Source: Rhizodiscina lignyota
Taxonomy: Eukaryota
Assembly (NCBI GenBank): GCA_010015805.1
Contig: ML978135.1
Span: 1 to 64,000, forward strand
Length of the DNA stretch: 64,000 bases
Direction: 5' to 3'
How positions within the stretch are numbered: position 1 is the stretch's first letter; every line of letters starts with the position of its first letter. The translations under genes and the position numbers were made by a program. The notes under the pieces were generated by a model that searched no databases, was not told where the DNA came from, and saw only the letters and a list, made by a program, of their open reading frames with translations. Shown in pieces: positions 33,246-46,400 of this stretch.

Positions 33246-34769
33246 TTATCCCCTCAAGTCAACCAAGTTGACCATGATAACCGACTTCTCCCAAACCATG
33301 AAAGCCTTCTTGTACTTCATCTCCCCAGATGGGTCCCACAAAGGCGCCCCGTCAACGGATACAATATCAAAGTTCCAAAACAGCCGTGCGATCATCACAC
33401 GCATCTCCATGTAAGCCAAATTTCTGCCGATACAATTTCGCGGCCCAACTGAAAACGGCTGCAATGCTTTCTTCACGTCGGTGTTGTACGCTGCCTCAAT
33501 CCATCGTTCTGGCACAAACTCATCTGGGTTTCGGAAGTTTGCTGGATCGTGGCAAGAAGACCACTGTCCGACAGATACAGTAGTACCACCCGGTACCCAA
33601 AGACCGTCAATGAAATCTCCACCAGGGGGGACGGTGCGTGGAGGCCCGGCAGGGACAGCCGGATGGACACGTAGGATTTCCTCAATACAGGCGTTCAGGT
33701 AAGGAAGGTTAATCACCGCCTTGAAGGTGATGCCATCCTCGGTTTCAAACGCTGAGCGAATTTCCGTCGTCAGTTTATCGTAGCACAATGGGTTCCAGAT
33801 CAAGCGGGCGATGAGGCCGGAGAGCGCAGATGCTGTAGTCTCACTACCCGCCACGATGAAGAGGCCGGAATTCGCTATGATTTCATCTTGTTTCAGGTCG
33901 AACTTTTCCTGCTGTCGGAGGATATACCAGATAAAGTCACGGTGGTCGACCTCTTGGGCCTGGAGTCGGTTCAGGACCTTCTCGCGGGTATGTTGGACAT
34001 GATACGCCCCAGCCTTCCCCATGTTTGGGATACAGTTCTGCAAAAAGCGCTGTAACCAAGTTCCGGTGCCAGCGATCCGTCTCGTAGCTTGTATCAAGGC
34101 GCCGTCCTTGACAGTTTGGAAGAGCATATTGACCCATTCCTGATATTCTCCTCTGTCCAGGCATCCAAAGCTCTCACCAAAGGCCAAGTCACCCATGGTG
34201 TCAAACGTGAAGTAGTTAAACCAATCGCAAATGTTGAATGTTCTCTTCTGCCGGGCCAGCTGTCTGAAGTGGAACACTACCTTGCTCATGTAGTCTTGGA
34301 CGATCGGCTCTTGTTCCATGAGAGCTTGCTGCGAGAACGAATGACTCAGAGCACGTCTCTGTCTCCCATGGTCGGCATCATCAGGGACGTATTGTAGTGT
34401 CGTTGTGTTCCCAACCTTGACCGGTCCGGTATGCAGCGGCGATTTCTTCATATTCTGATGCCCTGCACGAAAGCCGTAAATGTCTGAAGTGGACTGCGCC
34501 GAACTAAATGTGAGTTCATTCGGGGCTAGACGGAAGACGGGCCCATATTTCTCATGGTTCAGCTTATTCTCAAAGGGAAATCGGCCTCGAAGAAGGGATA
34601 ACGCCGCTGGGAGAGCGGAGACTGAATTCCAAAATGGACCAGGGTACTTTGCAAGTGGGTGGAAGTAACGGCGATATACAACAATGCCAATGAGATAGGA
34701 TACGAGAATGAATGTAAGCAGAATTGATATACGGAATATGAGCACTGGTTCATTCAAAATAAGAGCCAT
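33246..34769 (-). CDS. Cytochrome P450 monooxygenase (CYP65-like), 507 aa, intronless
   Basis: N-terminal TM anchor, FHPLAKYPGP, AGSETT (I helix), EILR (ExxR), PERW, FSVGPRNCIG heme motif. Confidence 0.95.
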   Translation of the reverse strand: MALILNEPVLIFRISILLTFILVSYLIGIVVYRRYFHPLAKYPGPFWNSVSALPAALSLLRGRFPFENKLNHEKYGPVFRLAPNELTFSSAQSTSDIYGFRAGHQNMKKSPLHTGPVKVGNTTTLQYVPDDADHGRQRRALSHSFSQQALMEQEPIVQDYMSKVVFHFRQLARQKRTFNICDWFNYFTFDTMGDLAFGESFGCLDRGEYQEWVNMLFQTVKDGALIQATRRIAGTGTWLQRFLQNCIPNMGKAGAYHVQHTREKVLNRLQAQEVDHRDFIWYILRQQEKFDLKQDEIIANSGLFIVAGSETTASALSGLIARLIWNPLCYDKLTTEIRSAFETEDGITFKAVINLPYLNACIEEILRVHPAVPAGPPRTVPPGGDFIDGLWVPGGTTVSVGQWSSCHDPANFRNPDEFVPERWIEAAYNTDVKKALQPFSVGPRNCIGRNLAYMEMRVMIARLFWNFDIVSVDGAPLWDPSGEMKYKKAFMVWEKSVIMVNLVDLRG

Positions 34770-35783
34770 GGCGATAGGACTTGGAAACCACGGGAAGGGC
34801 TCGACAGCACAACAATGAAAGGCACATGCAAACCTTAAGAGGAGGGCAGCGCAATTAAACCAACCTACATATTGCGGGGGATTCGTAACACCCTGGGGAA
34901 GATATAAATCCGGGGTAGCGTATCCGTAATGGTTGTAACTCTATTTGGTGGTGATGGTGCGGAAGAGTGGAAAACCTCATCCGCATTCGTGCTTGACCTC
35001 CGCTGGGGAACAGGTAAAGTTCGAGCTGGATCATCGCAGCACGGAATTCGACACGCAGCCGAGCTTTGAAGATCGACGTTGTCAAATGTGTGTTGAGATG
35101 TTCATAGGAAGAGTTCGTCATGTTTGAGGAGCCTTTTCGGCTCCTCGAGCCGTGCCGCAGCCAAGGTTTGAACAGAGCAGAAGCCAGCTTAATTCCACTG
35201 CTAGCGCCGAACAACTTTGCATGTTATGGAAGGCAAGCGTAATGTACTCGCTGCCATCGCAATGCCTTCATCATCGTTCCGACATGGAAAGGACGAATGT
35301 CAATGGCGCAACGTATCAACTCGAAGCAGTATGTCCTCTCCACTGTAGTCCGCCAAGCGCTAAACAATCGACGCAGCAGTTCTGAAAGGGGGAGGTATTG
35401 CACTGATCTTGCGCGAAAGGTATATTGCAACCTGGCTAGTGACCTCACGACCACAGAAAAGTGTCGTGGGCGATTAATCTGTTCGAGCCGCGCTGATGTG
35501 TTCTTTGAGGGGGCAAACGAGAAGGAAAGATATGGAGAAGTTGAACCTGGTCCTGATTTTGTGACACCGCGCTATGCAAATACCTATTGTACATGAAGTG
35601 AGCAGAGATAATACAGGATTGGTCGGTCGAGATCGGGTTCAATGGCGAAACCGGCGAATCGAATGCGTGTGATCAAATTCGCATGGAATCGCACTGAGAG
35701 CGGCGCAACGATTTGTCGGGTGCCAAACAGAGGTAGCTCTTTCAGCAGTAGCGACACCGGGATGGGAGGGTCGTCTTCCGCCT

Positions 35784-38700
35784 CTATGCCGTCGCCTGTT
35801 GCAGAAGTCCGCTTCCTTCCGCGTCTTCGCCCTGTTGCCGCTGAGCCATGCCCAAGTCTTTTACGTCCCAACCATCACTGCCCTTCACCCAGTCTTTCTG
35901 AGCTCCGAGCACTGCCAAACTGGCCTTTGACGCACCATCTACGAGATACTCTTGAGCCACTTTGCTCACATCCTCAGCAGTCACATCAAGCAACTGCTCC
36001 CTCCTCTTCTGCGCCATGGCATCGTCTACGCCATACAAAAACTTCGTCATTCCTTCAGCGCTTACGCTCTCCGGAGCATCAACGCTCTGGAACACGCTGA
36101 GCTTCGCCTCGCCCATCTCTTCCTCTGTCCACTTCCGGTCTCTCGCCCATTCGCCTGCCTGCTGCATGACGCTGATCGTGTTCTGTGGATTCGGGTCGCG
36201 GTACGAGTAGTAGCTAAAAACGCCACCAAGTCCTTGAGCATGAGCGCCGCCCCCATATGCGCCTCCTTTCTCGCGGATCTCGCGGTGGAGATGTTTGTGC
36301 GTGAGGAGTTGCGAGAGTATCTGCAAATGTGCGCCTGACGGATGAGCATAAGGCACAGTCGGTAATGCAAGACCAGCATAGTAGACTTGATACGGCAGAT
36401 TGAAGAACGTCTTTGATCCCGTTATTGGAGGACTGCTACCTTGGCCGAAGGCTCCTTCAGCTGTACTAGAAGGTAGTCTGGTCAGAAAACGGTCGAGGGC
36501 TTTCTCATTGCTCGAAATACTCTCTGTGCCGCAGTTCAGGGCAACTCGAAGATTCTGACGATCTCCAATGACTAGTGCTTGGATGGCCTTCAGCTTAGCG
36601 ACGACATCTTGGAGAGACTCCGATGCTGGTCTGGAAGCGAGCGCCGCTGTCAGTTTGACCTGTGTCAGGCCAGACGTCTGTTCGCGGAGTAGGGCAGTTG
36701 GCGTTAAAGAAGCCTCAGCGTATTTACGTGCATATGTATGACCTCTCGAAGCAATCGCGTCAAGAGCGCCATTTGCGGACATTTGCAATAGCTCTCGAAG
36801 CTTTGCTTCTGCTTCTGGTCCATCGAAATTGGTCTCCATGATCAGAGTTTGCAAGAGTTCGTACATTGCAGGAATATTGTTGTCGAAGGCGTGTCCGGAA
36901 AGGATGAATCCCTCCTCATGCTCTCCAAGGTTATGTGGTGATGTTGCAAGGTGATATCCCACAGAGACACCTCCTGTCCGCAGCCTGATCAATTCCTCCA
37001 ATTGCTCCATTGTCTTGTCTCTCGTTCCGAGGCGCATAATGGATTCGCTGAAGAGCGGAATCACTTCGCGCAATTCATTGGGAATTTTCTTGAGCGAACG
37101 AATGGCTCGGAAATATGTCAATCCGTTTGTTGGCGCTTCGCGCCATTGCACACTGACATTATTGACAGACGAGTGTCGTAATTCCTTGGTCTCTTTCTGT
37201 CGAGGTATATCTTTCACATTGAGCGTAGGGAGACAACTGAGGTCTTGGTTTGCTGCGGCTTCCTGCTCTTTGAGCAAGTCCAATTCTCTTTCAGCGAGAT
37301 ACTTGTGCGCTTCTTCCTCGTTAGGAAGCTTTTTCGTTACTTCTTCGATCTTGGCTGAAAGTCGATTGGCCTCTTCCGTTGCCAGATCCTGCGCATAAGC
37401 CTCGGCTGGTTCCATTGTAAAAGTCAGAGTGTTGTCATTCATGAAATACTTGTCAATCAAGCTCTCCAGGAAACCCCCTTTGGCGTACTTTGTCTTGAAT
37501 GCAGATACGGTGTCCTGCCAAGCCAAAGAATTGAACGGATCCAGGCCATTAAACCAGTCAGGTTTGACTCTCTGCATAATGCCCATCCCAAAATGTGCAG
37601 TCTTGTGCTTGAGCCCAAGTTCCAACTGATGCAACAGCCCATCGACTTTGATTTTGTCGAAACCTTTGTCCCTCGCTTCCTGGAAGATTGCTGCTACAGC
37701 CTCCTTTATTCTCGACACATTCTCTTCTTTGACGCCTGTCAGGCCGACAGAGAAGACAGGAATCCGTGTAGATGGGTCAAAGCCAGTGTTTGGCGTGAAG
37801 TCGGAACCTAACCCAGCTTCAACCAGGCCACGATAGAACGGAGAGCCGTACCCATCCAACAACAGTGCAGACAGGAGGCTCAATGAGAACCGTTCGAGGA
37901 CATCTCCACCGTCTGCTAAAAGCCAACTTGTTGACGTCTTGAACTGCGAGTCTGGAGGTACGAGTGGATCCAGCGGACCCTTGATTGTTATATTCTGTGG
38001 ACCATTTAGAGTTATCGGGAGTTTGATATCGCTGTCAACTGGAATGCTCTGAAACGTTTTCAGTCTACTGTCGAGCTCAGCCAGATGATCCGCCAGAGGC
38101 ATGTCACCGTAAGTGAATATCTTCGCGTTGCTCGGGTGGTAGTGGTGATGGTGGAAGTCCGTCAACTGCTTGTGCGTAAGATCCGTGATCTTTTGTGGGT
38201 CTCCTCCAGAGTTATTCAAGGATGGATATAGGTGCTCGTGGAATCGGATATAGTACAAGTAGCTTGCATCTGACATTTGGCCTTTCATTTCGTTGTATAC
38301 CACTCCTTTAAAGACTAGATTGTCATGCTGTCCATCTGTTGGATTCTCCGGTCCTATTCGCCAGCCTTCTTGGTTGAAGTCATTTGCGTTGAGAAGTGGA
38401 TGCAGTGTTGCATCGAGGTACACCGACATGAGGTTCTTGAAGTCTTGCGGATTTGTGGTAGCGAACGGATAGGTGGTATGGTCAGCGGAGGTAAATGCGT
38501 TCATAAAATTTGACAAGGACCGAGGAAGCATCTTGAAGAATGGATCTCGAACGGGATATCTATTCAGAGGTATATTAGCACCAAGCTCTTCATTTATTCG
38601 GGTCAAACGATGCTAGAACGATCATTGAAGTGCACTCACTTTTCACTACCACAAAGCGTGGTGTGCTCCAGTATGTGTGGCACTCCAGTAGCATCCGGAG

Positions 38701-38962
38701 GGTTTGTCTTGAATCCAATAGAAAAGACATTGTTGGAATCGTCTCTTGCGACATGCAGATACTGCGCCCCGGTTTTCTTATGCTGCAGCTCTAAAGCCGA
38801 CAATTCAAGCTCGGGAAAATGTTTCGACCTCCTCAGAGTGAACCCAGAGACTTCTTCGCCTGGCTTCGGATACTGCTTGAGGTCCGTAACAGTCGCATAG
38901 AACCTGCGACTCGCATGCCTTACGGCGCGTCCTCGAAGGGCGCCCAGCGACGAACGGAACAT
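35784..38962 (-). CDS. CYM1: Mitochondrial presequence protease (M16C, Cym1/PreP); intron 38560-38639
   Basis: Arg-rich presequence, [25 protein letters not shown] (HxxEH), [31 protein letters not shown]. Confidence 0.96.
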
Positions 38963-39884
38963 GGTGGATTGCGGATGAGTCCGGCCTCCAAAACAGCGTA
39001 GTGCACTGAGGATACAGGCCACTTGAAGAACAATGATGCTGCTCTTCCAGGACATGCGGTTTTACCGAGACGTCCTCGCGGAGAAGCCGACACACTCAAG
39101 GGATGCTGGCAACCTACGCTCCATCGTCGAAGCGGACCACGGGCATGTCGTATTTACAGTGAAGTCGGAGGATGAAGGAATCGCGTTGCTCGTCCTCAGA
39201 TTATAGATTGTGGCGTCGTCGCGAAGAGCTTGACGCGCTACCGAAATTCATTACGGCGTATCCAAAACGGGGCTAGGGCTTGATACCCATGTGCACTGCA
39301 GGAAGCGTCGTGTGAGCACCCATTTCGATGTTGCGCAGAGAGGGCACGAGTAGGCTGGCTTGCAAGCAAGTGAAGTGATTCGATCTCTGCCAAATGCGCA
39401 GAGGAGCCATCCCGACCTCGAGACGTAGTTGTTTATAGCGTGCACCAAGCTCTGGCGCCTTCCGTTTAGATTACCCGAAAGTGGCTTCGTCCTTTTGTGA
39501 TCTCGCGACGATCCTTTTCCTCCACTCCCCTCCGTAGCTTGCTCAATCGACCCTGCACAACACACCCCACAAAGCGCGCGCCATACGTTCCTCGAGGCGC
39601 TTATTTGACAATCCAAGTCTTTCCAAGTCGAACAGCAACGCGCCACCCTTGTCACGGCGTGCGGGAAAGAGCATCCTGGCACTGTAACGACGACGTCAAA
39701 ACCTCGAGCGGGAGCCCCCATCGCGCTTTACGATCCACCTCAGGTGGCCGACACACTTTCGACGCCTTCATACGTTCGATGCAGTCTCTCACTTCTACGG
39801 AATATCATCAGAGCCCCGCGTATAAGGGCTCTTCAGCTGTCACGCAACCCTCAACATCGATACATTCATTGCTCCACGGAGCGC

Positions 39885-41707
39885 ATGGCCACACTTGCAA
39901 ATAGAACGCAACCAACCTCATTGAACTCCGACCTTGCACCCCCGGCCAACATGGGTGATAGTCGCAGTTCATCGCTATCCCAAAGCGCGACTCCGGTCGA
40001 TGCTCCAGTCTCTACCCCCAATGCATCCTCCTCCACTGCGGCCAAGAAGGGCAAGGGCAAGAAGAATGCAGATCCCTTGGATGCTACAAAGGCGATACAG
40101 GCGCGCATTTCTCAGCTGGAACAGGACAAGGCAGGGGAAAAGGACCAAGAGGCGGAGATAGGTGAGTCTCGGGTTTATATTTGTGTGAAACAGCAGGAGA
40201 GACGATGTTTAATATCACAACTGCCCCTCAGCGTTCCTGGAGACATTGTCTATTCTCTATTATTATTATGTCGTTTTGGACTCCCGAATATCTATTCTTC
40301 CACCCGCTTCGGCTGTCAGTTAGAGCAATATGCTGACGTAGCATGAATAGACTTTGCAGCGAAGCAACATAACCGCGAACTGAAGAAGTCTCTCGACCGC
40401 CTGGCTGATCCACTACAGAAGCTGGACGCGGTTCAGAAGAAGTACTCCCAGCTGTTCCGTGAGATGAAGACCACAGAGCGGGAGATGCAGAAGGCAAAGA
40501 AACGCGGCGACCAACTGCAGAAAGAGAAAGAGGCGATTAAGAGCGAGCTCAATAAAGCCAATAGTGCTAAAGACAAGCTGGAGAAGCTGTCGAGGGATAC
40601 AAATAGTGAAAACAAGAGGCTTAGGGTGAGGTTCCATCAGACCAATCAAAGGTTGAATGGTCTTGCTAACTCCACGTCCTCGACCAGAGCGATATCACTA
40701 GGCTCGAAAGAGATGAGATGCGGATGAGAGACGAGCTTCATGATCGCCTCGAACGGATGGTCTTCGAGGTTGAAGATGCTGCCCAAGCCAATCAGCAACC
40801 GCCTCAGGAAAGTGCCGCGAACATGGAGGTGGAAGAACTGTGGGTGGCTCTGGCTCTGGACTTGATAGATGAGGGTGCTGATGATGTTTCAGTTTCCGGC
40901 AAAAGTTCAAATCATTCATCGAACAGTACGAGTTGCGCGAGCTTCAGTTCCATTCGCTTTTGCGCACAAAAGAGCTTGAGCTTCAGCTCTACCAGACGAG
41001 ACTGGAGGAGTATCGTAAGAGGGAGCAAATGGAGAGTTCAAAGTCCTCGCAGTTGACGAGGCAGGTGTCGACATTCTCACAAACGGAGACGGAGCTGCGG
41101 AGCCAACTCAACATCTACGTCGAAAAGTTCAAACAGGTACGTCTTGCGACCCCCCTGCTTGGAGATTCTCTTCTGAGAACTTGTATTTTAGCTAATAAGT
41201 GCAAAGGTGGAGGACACGCTGAACAACTCGAACGACCTGTTTCTAACTTTTCGCAAGGAGATGGAGGAGATGTCGAAAAAGACAAAGCGATTGGAGAAGG
41301 AGAACCTGAACCTGACCCGCAAGCAAGAAGCTGCGAACAAGAACATTCTGACGATGGCTGAAGATCGCACTAATACTCAGAAGGAGCTAGAGTTGCTGCG
41401 CAAGAAGAACGAGAACCTCGAGAAGCTGTGTCGAGGCATGCAGGCTCAGGGGCGTGGCCAAGTATCGGTACCGGATGCGGAAGACGAGGAAGGTACCGAA
41501 AGCGAGTATGAGTACGACGACGAGGAGGAAGAGAGCTTGGGAGAGGAATATGAGGATGATACCGAAGAAGAGGCTCTCGAGGTCAGGCCGAGACCGTTTG
41601 GCCCTGTTCCTCCTCCTCCTCCACCGCCCCAAGCTATTAACGGCAAGACACATCAGCCCGTCGCGGGAAGGCAGATGAACGGGAAAGTCAACGGTGTTAA
41701 AGGCTAG
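39885..41707 (+). CDS. Taxilin-family (myosin-like) coiled-coil protein, multi-exon; start codon uncertain
   Basis: KLEKLSR, FRQKFKSFIEQYELRELQF, ETELRSQLNIYVEKFKQ|VEDTLNNSNDLFLTFRKEMEEM, LEKLCRGMQ; four canonical introns. Confidence 0.88.
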
Positions 41708-42409
41708 AGCGGTTCAGGTAGCCAACCAGTGTACAACTCCTCTTTCGCCCTATGCAGTTGGGTCAAGTATCAATAGCAGTGCCTGTGTGGGCCGTTCGTT
41801 AGGCGCTTGGATTCGATTTCCAAAAGGGTAAATGCGAGCTTCTCTTAACAGGTGATCGGCCGTTGCATCTGCAGCCCAGTAGCTCCGTCGTATACGTACA
41901 ATGCAGAGCCCCTTCAGCCTTATGTACCCTTGGCATGCAGAATTTCGACTCTTTGAGCATGCAGCACTTTTTAATCATGGCGTCGCAATAAGGCAAGCAT
42001 TTCGATCCTCGTATACGGTAAACGTACCGCTCAGCTTGGTAACGTGGCAGGACGCCTGCCCAAGAAAGTGCTGAGCATGCCATGCGCAAGGATAGCTGGG
42101 CGGCTATTCTACGCCAGGGTCCTTGCTTAGACCCTTTGCAATAGCCTTACCTAAACATTTGAGAAAGCTGCCGCGGCATGCGGAGCTTTCCCCACAGCTT
42201 CGCTCGGCTCAGTCGTCTGCGGCACCATGAGAGCTTATTATTTGAAACGTTCGTATCAGGAGCTCTCGTCTTCGCCATGAGGTGGCCGATTTGAGATTCA
42301 CTGCTCGCATTGCATTCAGCCCTTCGCTCGCGACCATTGCTACTCGCGTACATTGCTGCCCGTCCCTCCTCGACTTTTGCTTCCGCACGCGTCCAATTGG
42401 CCCCCAAAC

Positions 42410-43456
42410 ATGGCCGCACCAACGCTCCAAACGCCGCTCTGCAAGCTGCTCGGCATCAAATACCCTATCATCCTGGCAGGCATGGCGCGGACGTCTGGAG
42501 GCCCGTTGGCTGCCGCCGTGTCTAATGCCGGCGGACTGGGTGTGATAGGAGGGCTTGGCTACACTCCGCAGCAGCTCCAGGACATCATTGACGAGATCAA
42601 AGAAAACCTAGACGACAAGAGTCTGCCATTTGGCGTTGACCTGGCCCTGCCTCAGGTCGGCGGTAGTGCACGCAGGACGAATCACGATTACACCCATGGC
42701 CAGTTGGACCAACTCATTGACGTGACTATCAAGAATGGAGCGAAGCTTTTCGTCTCCGCCGTGGGCGTCCCGCCGAAACATGTCATCGATAGGCTTCACA
42801 AGGCGGGGATTCTGGTCATGAACATGGTCGGAGCTCCCAAGCACGCCGTCAAAGCTCTCGATGCCGGTGTGGACATTGTATGCGCTCAGGGGGGTGAGGG
42901 CGGAGGACATACCGGGGACATTGCCAACAGCATCCTCATTCCAGCGGTGGTGGATGTTGCGAGAAGGTACAAGAGCCCCTTGACGGGCGAGACGGCAATC
43001 GTCGTCGCGGCTGGTGGTATCTACGACGGCAGAGGGCTTGCCAGCAGCCTCATGCAGGGTGCGCAAGGAGTTTGGGTTGGGACACGCTTCGTTGCTTCCG
43101 CAGAGGCCGGGTGCTCGAAGATGCACAAGGAGAGTGTGGTTTCGGCTTCGTTTACGGACACTTTGCGAACGCTCGTGGTCAGCGGGCGACCGTTGCGTGT
43201 GCGGCTAAACGACTACGTCCAAGAGTGGGAGAACAAGCCAGAGGAGATCAAGTCGCTGACGGAGCGGGGTGTGGTTCCGCTGGCACACGACATGGAAAAT
43301 GGCAAAGACGTCGATATTCCGTTCCTGATGGGCCAGGTCGCGGGAGTGATTAAGGATGTCAAGCCGGCCGGGGAGATTGTCCAGGATATGGTGAAAGAGG
43401 CTGTAGACATGCTTCGCCTTGGCAATTCCTACATCGGGCGGGAAAGCCGGTTATAA
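42410..43456 (+). CDS. Nitronate monooxygenase / 2-nitropropane dioxygenase family FMN enzyme with C-terminal PTS1
   Basis: YPIILAGM, LAAAVSNAGGLGVIG, AQGGEGGGHTG, VAAGGIYDGRG, VWVGTRF, GQVAG; ends -SRL. Confidence 0.93.
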   Translation: MAAPTLQTPLCKLLGIKYPIILAGMARTSGGPLAAAVSNAGGLGVIGGLGYTPQQLQDIIDEIKENLDDKSLPFGVDLALPQVGGSARRTNHDYTHGQLDQLIDVTIKNGAKLFVSAVGVPPKHVIDRLHKAGILVMNMVGAPKHAVKALDAGVDIVCAQGGEGGGHTGDIANSILIPAVVDVARRYKSPLTGETAIVVAAGGIYDGRGLASSLMQGAQGVWVGTRFVASAEAGCSKMHKESVVSASFTDTLRTLVVSGRPLRVRLNDYVQEWENKPEEIKSLTERGVVPLAHDMENGKDVDIPFLMGQVAGVIKDVKPAGEIVQDMVKEAVDMLRLGNSYIGRESRL

Positions 43457-46400
43457 TTCAAATGAAAAGCCGATATTGACTCCTGCCTCTTTATCATCTG
43501 CTTTGCAATCTCTTACATAAATCCGATGTATTGTTTATTTGCTGCGTGCAGCAACAAACGGGGGAGTGATGCTAGGAGCTTCCTAGAAAAGCGAACCCCG
43601 GCATGCCCGTCCGGTCCTACCAGACAGACAGAAGAGCATGAAGCGCCCGATCGATTCAAAGTGAGGAGAGGGTCACGTTGAGAGAAGAGACGACGAGCGC
43701 GGACAAGGAATTGCGACTTCTAGGGATGCTCGTCCGCGGGTGCAGAAGACGAGCTTGCCGACGGATTTGGGGGCCAAAACGCTGCCAATGCCGTCGAGCT
43801 GTGGCCGATAGAGGGAATGGACCGCTGTAAATCGCCCGCCAAAGCCTACGTGATGAATGAACCGGGGTTTGAGAGGCCTTCGGGCTAGTCTAAGGTACGT
43901 GCTACGTCGCAAGGAGTGCTGAGAGCTAGTTGGCGTCCAAGACTTGAAGAGGTGTCGTCCAGTGAGTCGGAGACTTTGCACGCGCTTATTATTAAGTCCT
44001 GACACAGGCTATAGCGGAAAAGTCTCCGCTTACCAACGCGAGCCTGGCTCTCCCAAAGAGCAGCGCCCGTAAGAACTTTAAAAAGAGGACAGAGAGCCAA
44101 GCTCTGCCACGGGTGCGGTGGCCCCTGCTGGGTGGACTGTGTGGAGCAGTGGCTGTCTGGGGCTCCCTTGCGGCCCCAAAGCTCTCACAAGGCTGATTTT
44201 GACACACGCAGGGTGATTCAGAGGTTATTTCAGCCTCATGCAAGCAAGAGGGCGCCAGGGAGGACGGGTGCAACGCCAGTCGGAAGGGTGAACGTTTCTC
44301 GTACGTTAGCCTCGCCAAATAGCGAGCATGCGATTTCTGGCAAGAAGCTGCGCGCCAATGGGAGCGTGTGCTACATATATCTCGAAGATCATGCCCGCGA
44401 GCAGCAATCGCAAGAATGGCAGTGCCGCGCTGTTAGCTAAGCCAGCCTTACGCACCCTCGAATTGTGGAGAAGAGCAGCGTCGTGCAGGCATTGCTGCTG
44501 TCACCGCCTCCCCTGCTCCTGCTCCGTCCTTTGCTCGTCGTTCGTAGTGGTTGTATAGACATCGCCGTGTCCGCTTGAGTGCCAGACTCACGACCGCGCT
44601 TGTGGGATTGAGCGGTCTTGGGCCGTTGCATCGATTCGAACGAGCCAATGCGCGGCCGGCGTGATTTATAACGCTAACGTCCGACCTCGTCTTCACCATC
44701 CTCAAACGCAGACCATGATGGCGATCATTGCCAGCCCCCAGCACGGTAGCACCGAATGGGAAATCTCGCTCTTCTTAGCGAACCTGTTGGTTTTGCAGCG
44801 CATTCCGCATCGCTCAGTGGGCGAGGATGCATATCCATGGAGATAACAGAGAGGGGAGATCGTAAAGGCCGTCACCGATACATCGGCGCGGGCGCGGACC
44901 CTTGGGACCAGCAATCGACCATACATCGTGCTCGACAGGCGCTCGCAGTTCGCATTCGGACAATCGCCACGCAATCTCCAGCGGTGAGCGAGTGCTTTCT
45001 CGCAGTCTGCAGCGTACCACCCACGCCTACCCTGGTCGTCTCATTCCTCCCCATCCCACACACCTCCCCCCTTATTCCCCTCCATTCGCCGTGAGATATG
45101 GTTTCCAGACCCACTGCGTTGGCCCGGGGGCTGCCGTACTTTCCATGCTGCCGGAAATCACGTTCAGACGCCATGTGAACAGGCCTGGCGACTGCGACTG
45201 CGGGAAGCTCGACGGACTGGCCGCTATTCCTGGCGCTTCTCCACTGCTAAGGCTATGACCATGTCGCCCATGTCCGCACCGCCTGTTCACACCTTTGCCA
45301 CTATGATTCATGAATTAGGGAGACACACAGACGGGGGGACTGTTGACTGAAAGCGAACGCGTTGCAGCAACTGGTCAGATCGTGCGATGCGGTTGCATGT
45401 GGTGCGATGCCATTCTGCCTTCACCAGAGCTCAGAGGCCCACGAGACGACGCTCAAGCCTGCCCTGCTCTGTGCGAATGCAACCTGCTCGCGAGCGGCGC
45501 GTAGATTGGCCTGTTTTGACGACTCGGAAATTATCCGATCAATCTGCCCGCGCCCTTCTGGTGCTCGCATTGCTGCGCGCGCGTGCCGATTGATTGAGGC
45601 GCTGTCTGCGAGACGCGGTGACTGGGTCGTCAACGTCGTCAACGTCGTCGTCAAGCCAAGGCACTCGCCACAACTCGCACGCATTCCTACTCGTTCTCGA
45701 AGCTGCACCGAATTGCGCGCCGTTTGCAGTAAGCACGCCGATACATACCGACACTGGATCGTCCCTGAGTGCAGCCCTACGAGGCTCCGTCCTGCACGCA
45801 TCCCAGCTTCATCTCCATCCACCGTTCCACGCCATGCCGGCCGGCTCATCTAGAGCACAGCAGTGGCCATGAAGCCCACAATTCCACCCGCTGTATAACC
45901 AATCTCCAGGCTTAGTCACGGATGAAGATCGTGGAGGACGTTGCAGGGCTGCAGAGATGCAGCTAGCCCCAGGGACTGCTCAGAGGCCCAACGTTGCACC
46001 ATGCTTTGCATCGCCTTTGCATTGCAGACACACACCACGATCGTCCCTGATGATGCTCCCGCACACACCCATACCCTGAAGGAGCCCTTCCCTGGCCCAT
46101 TCCACTCCACTCCCACCACGCTACCACGAACCCGGCAGTCTTAGCTCCGCTGCACTGCACTGCACCAGGCTCGCGTGAACCTCCTCATACTGCCCGCCGG
46201 GGAGGCATTTTTGGAAAGCCAGGCTAAGCTTCTCACTAGTCTCCACGTCATTGTACTGGTCTGCTTCTCGACTTTCGGTGAGCTTGGTGCCATGTCGCGA
46301 CCTCGCCCTGGCCCTGATAATCAGTCGCTACCTCGACTATATTTGACCCATGAGATGATTGCGTTTGCTCTTCTCCATCTTACCTTTTCCAGTTTCCAAC

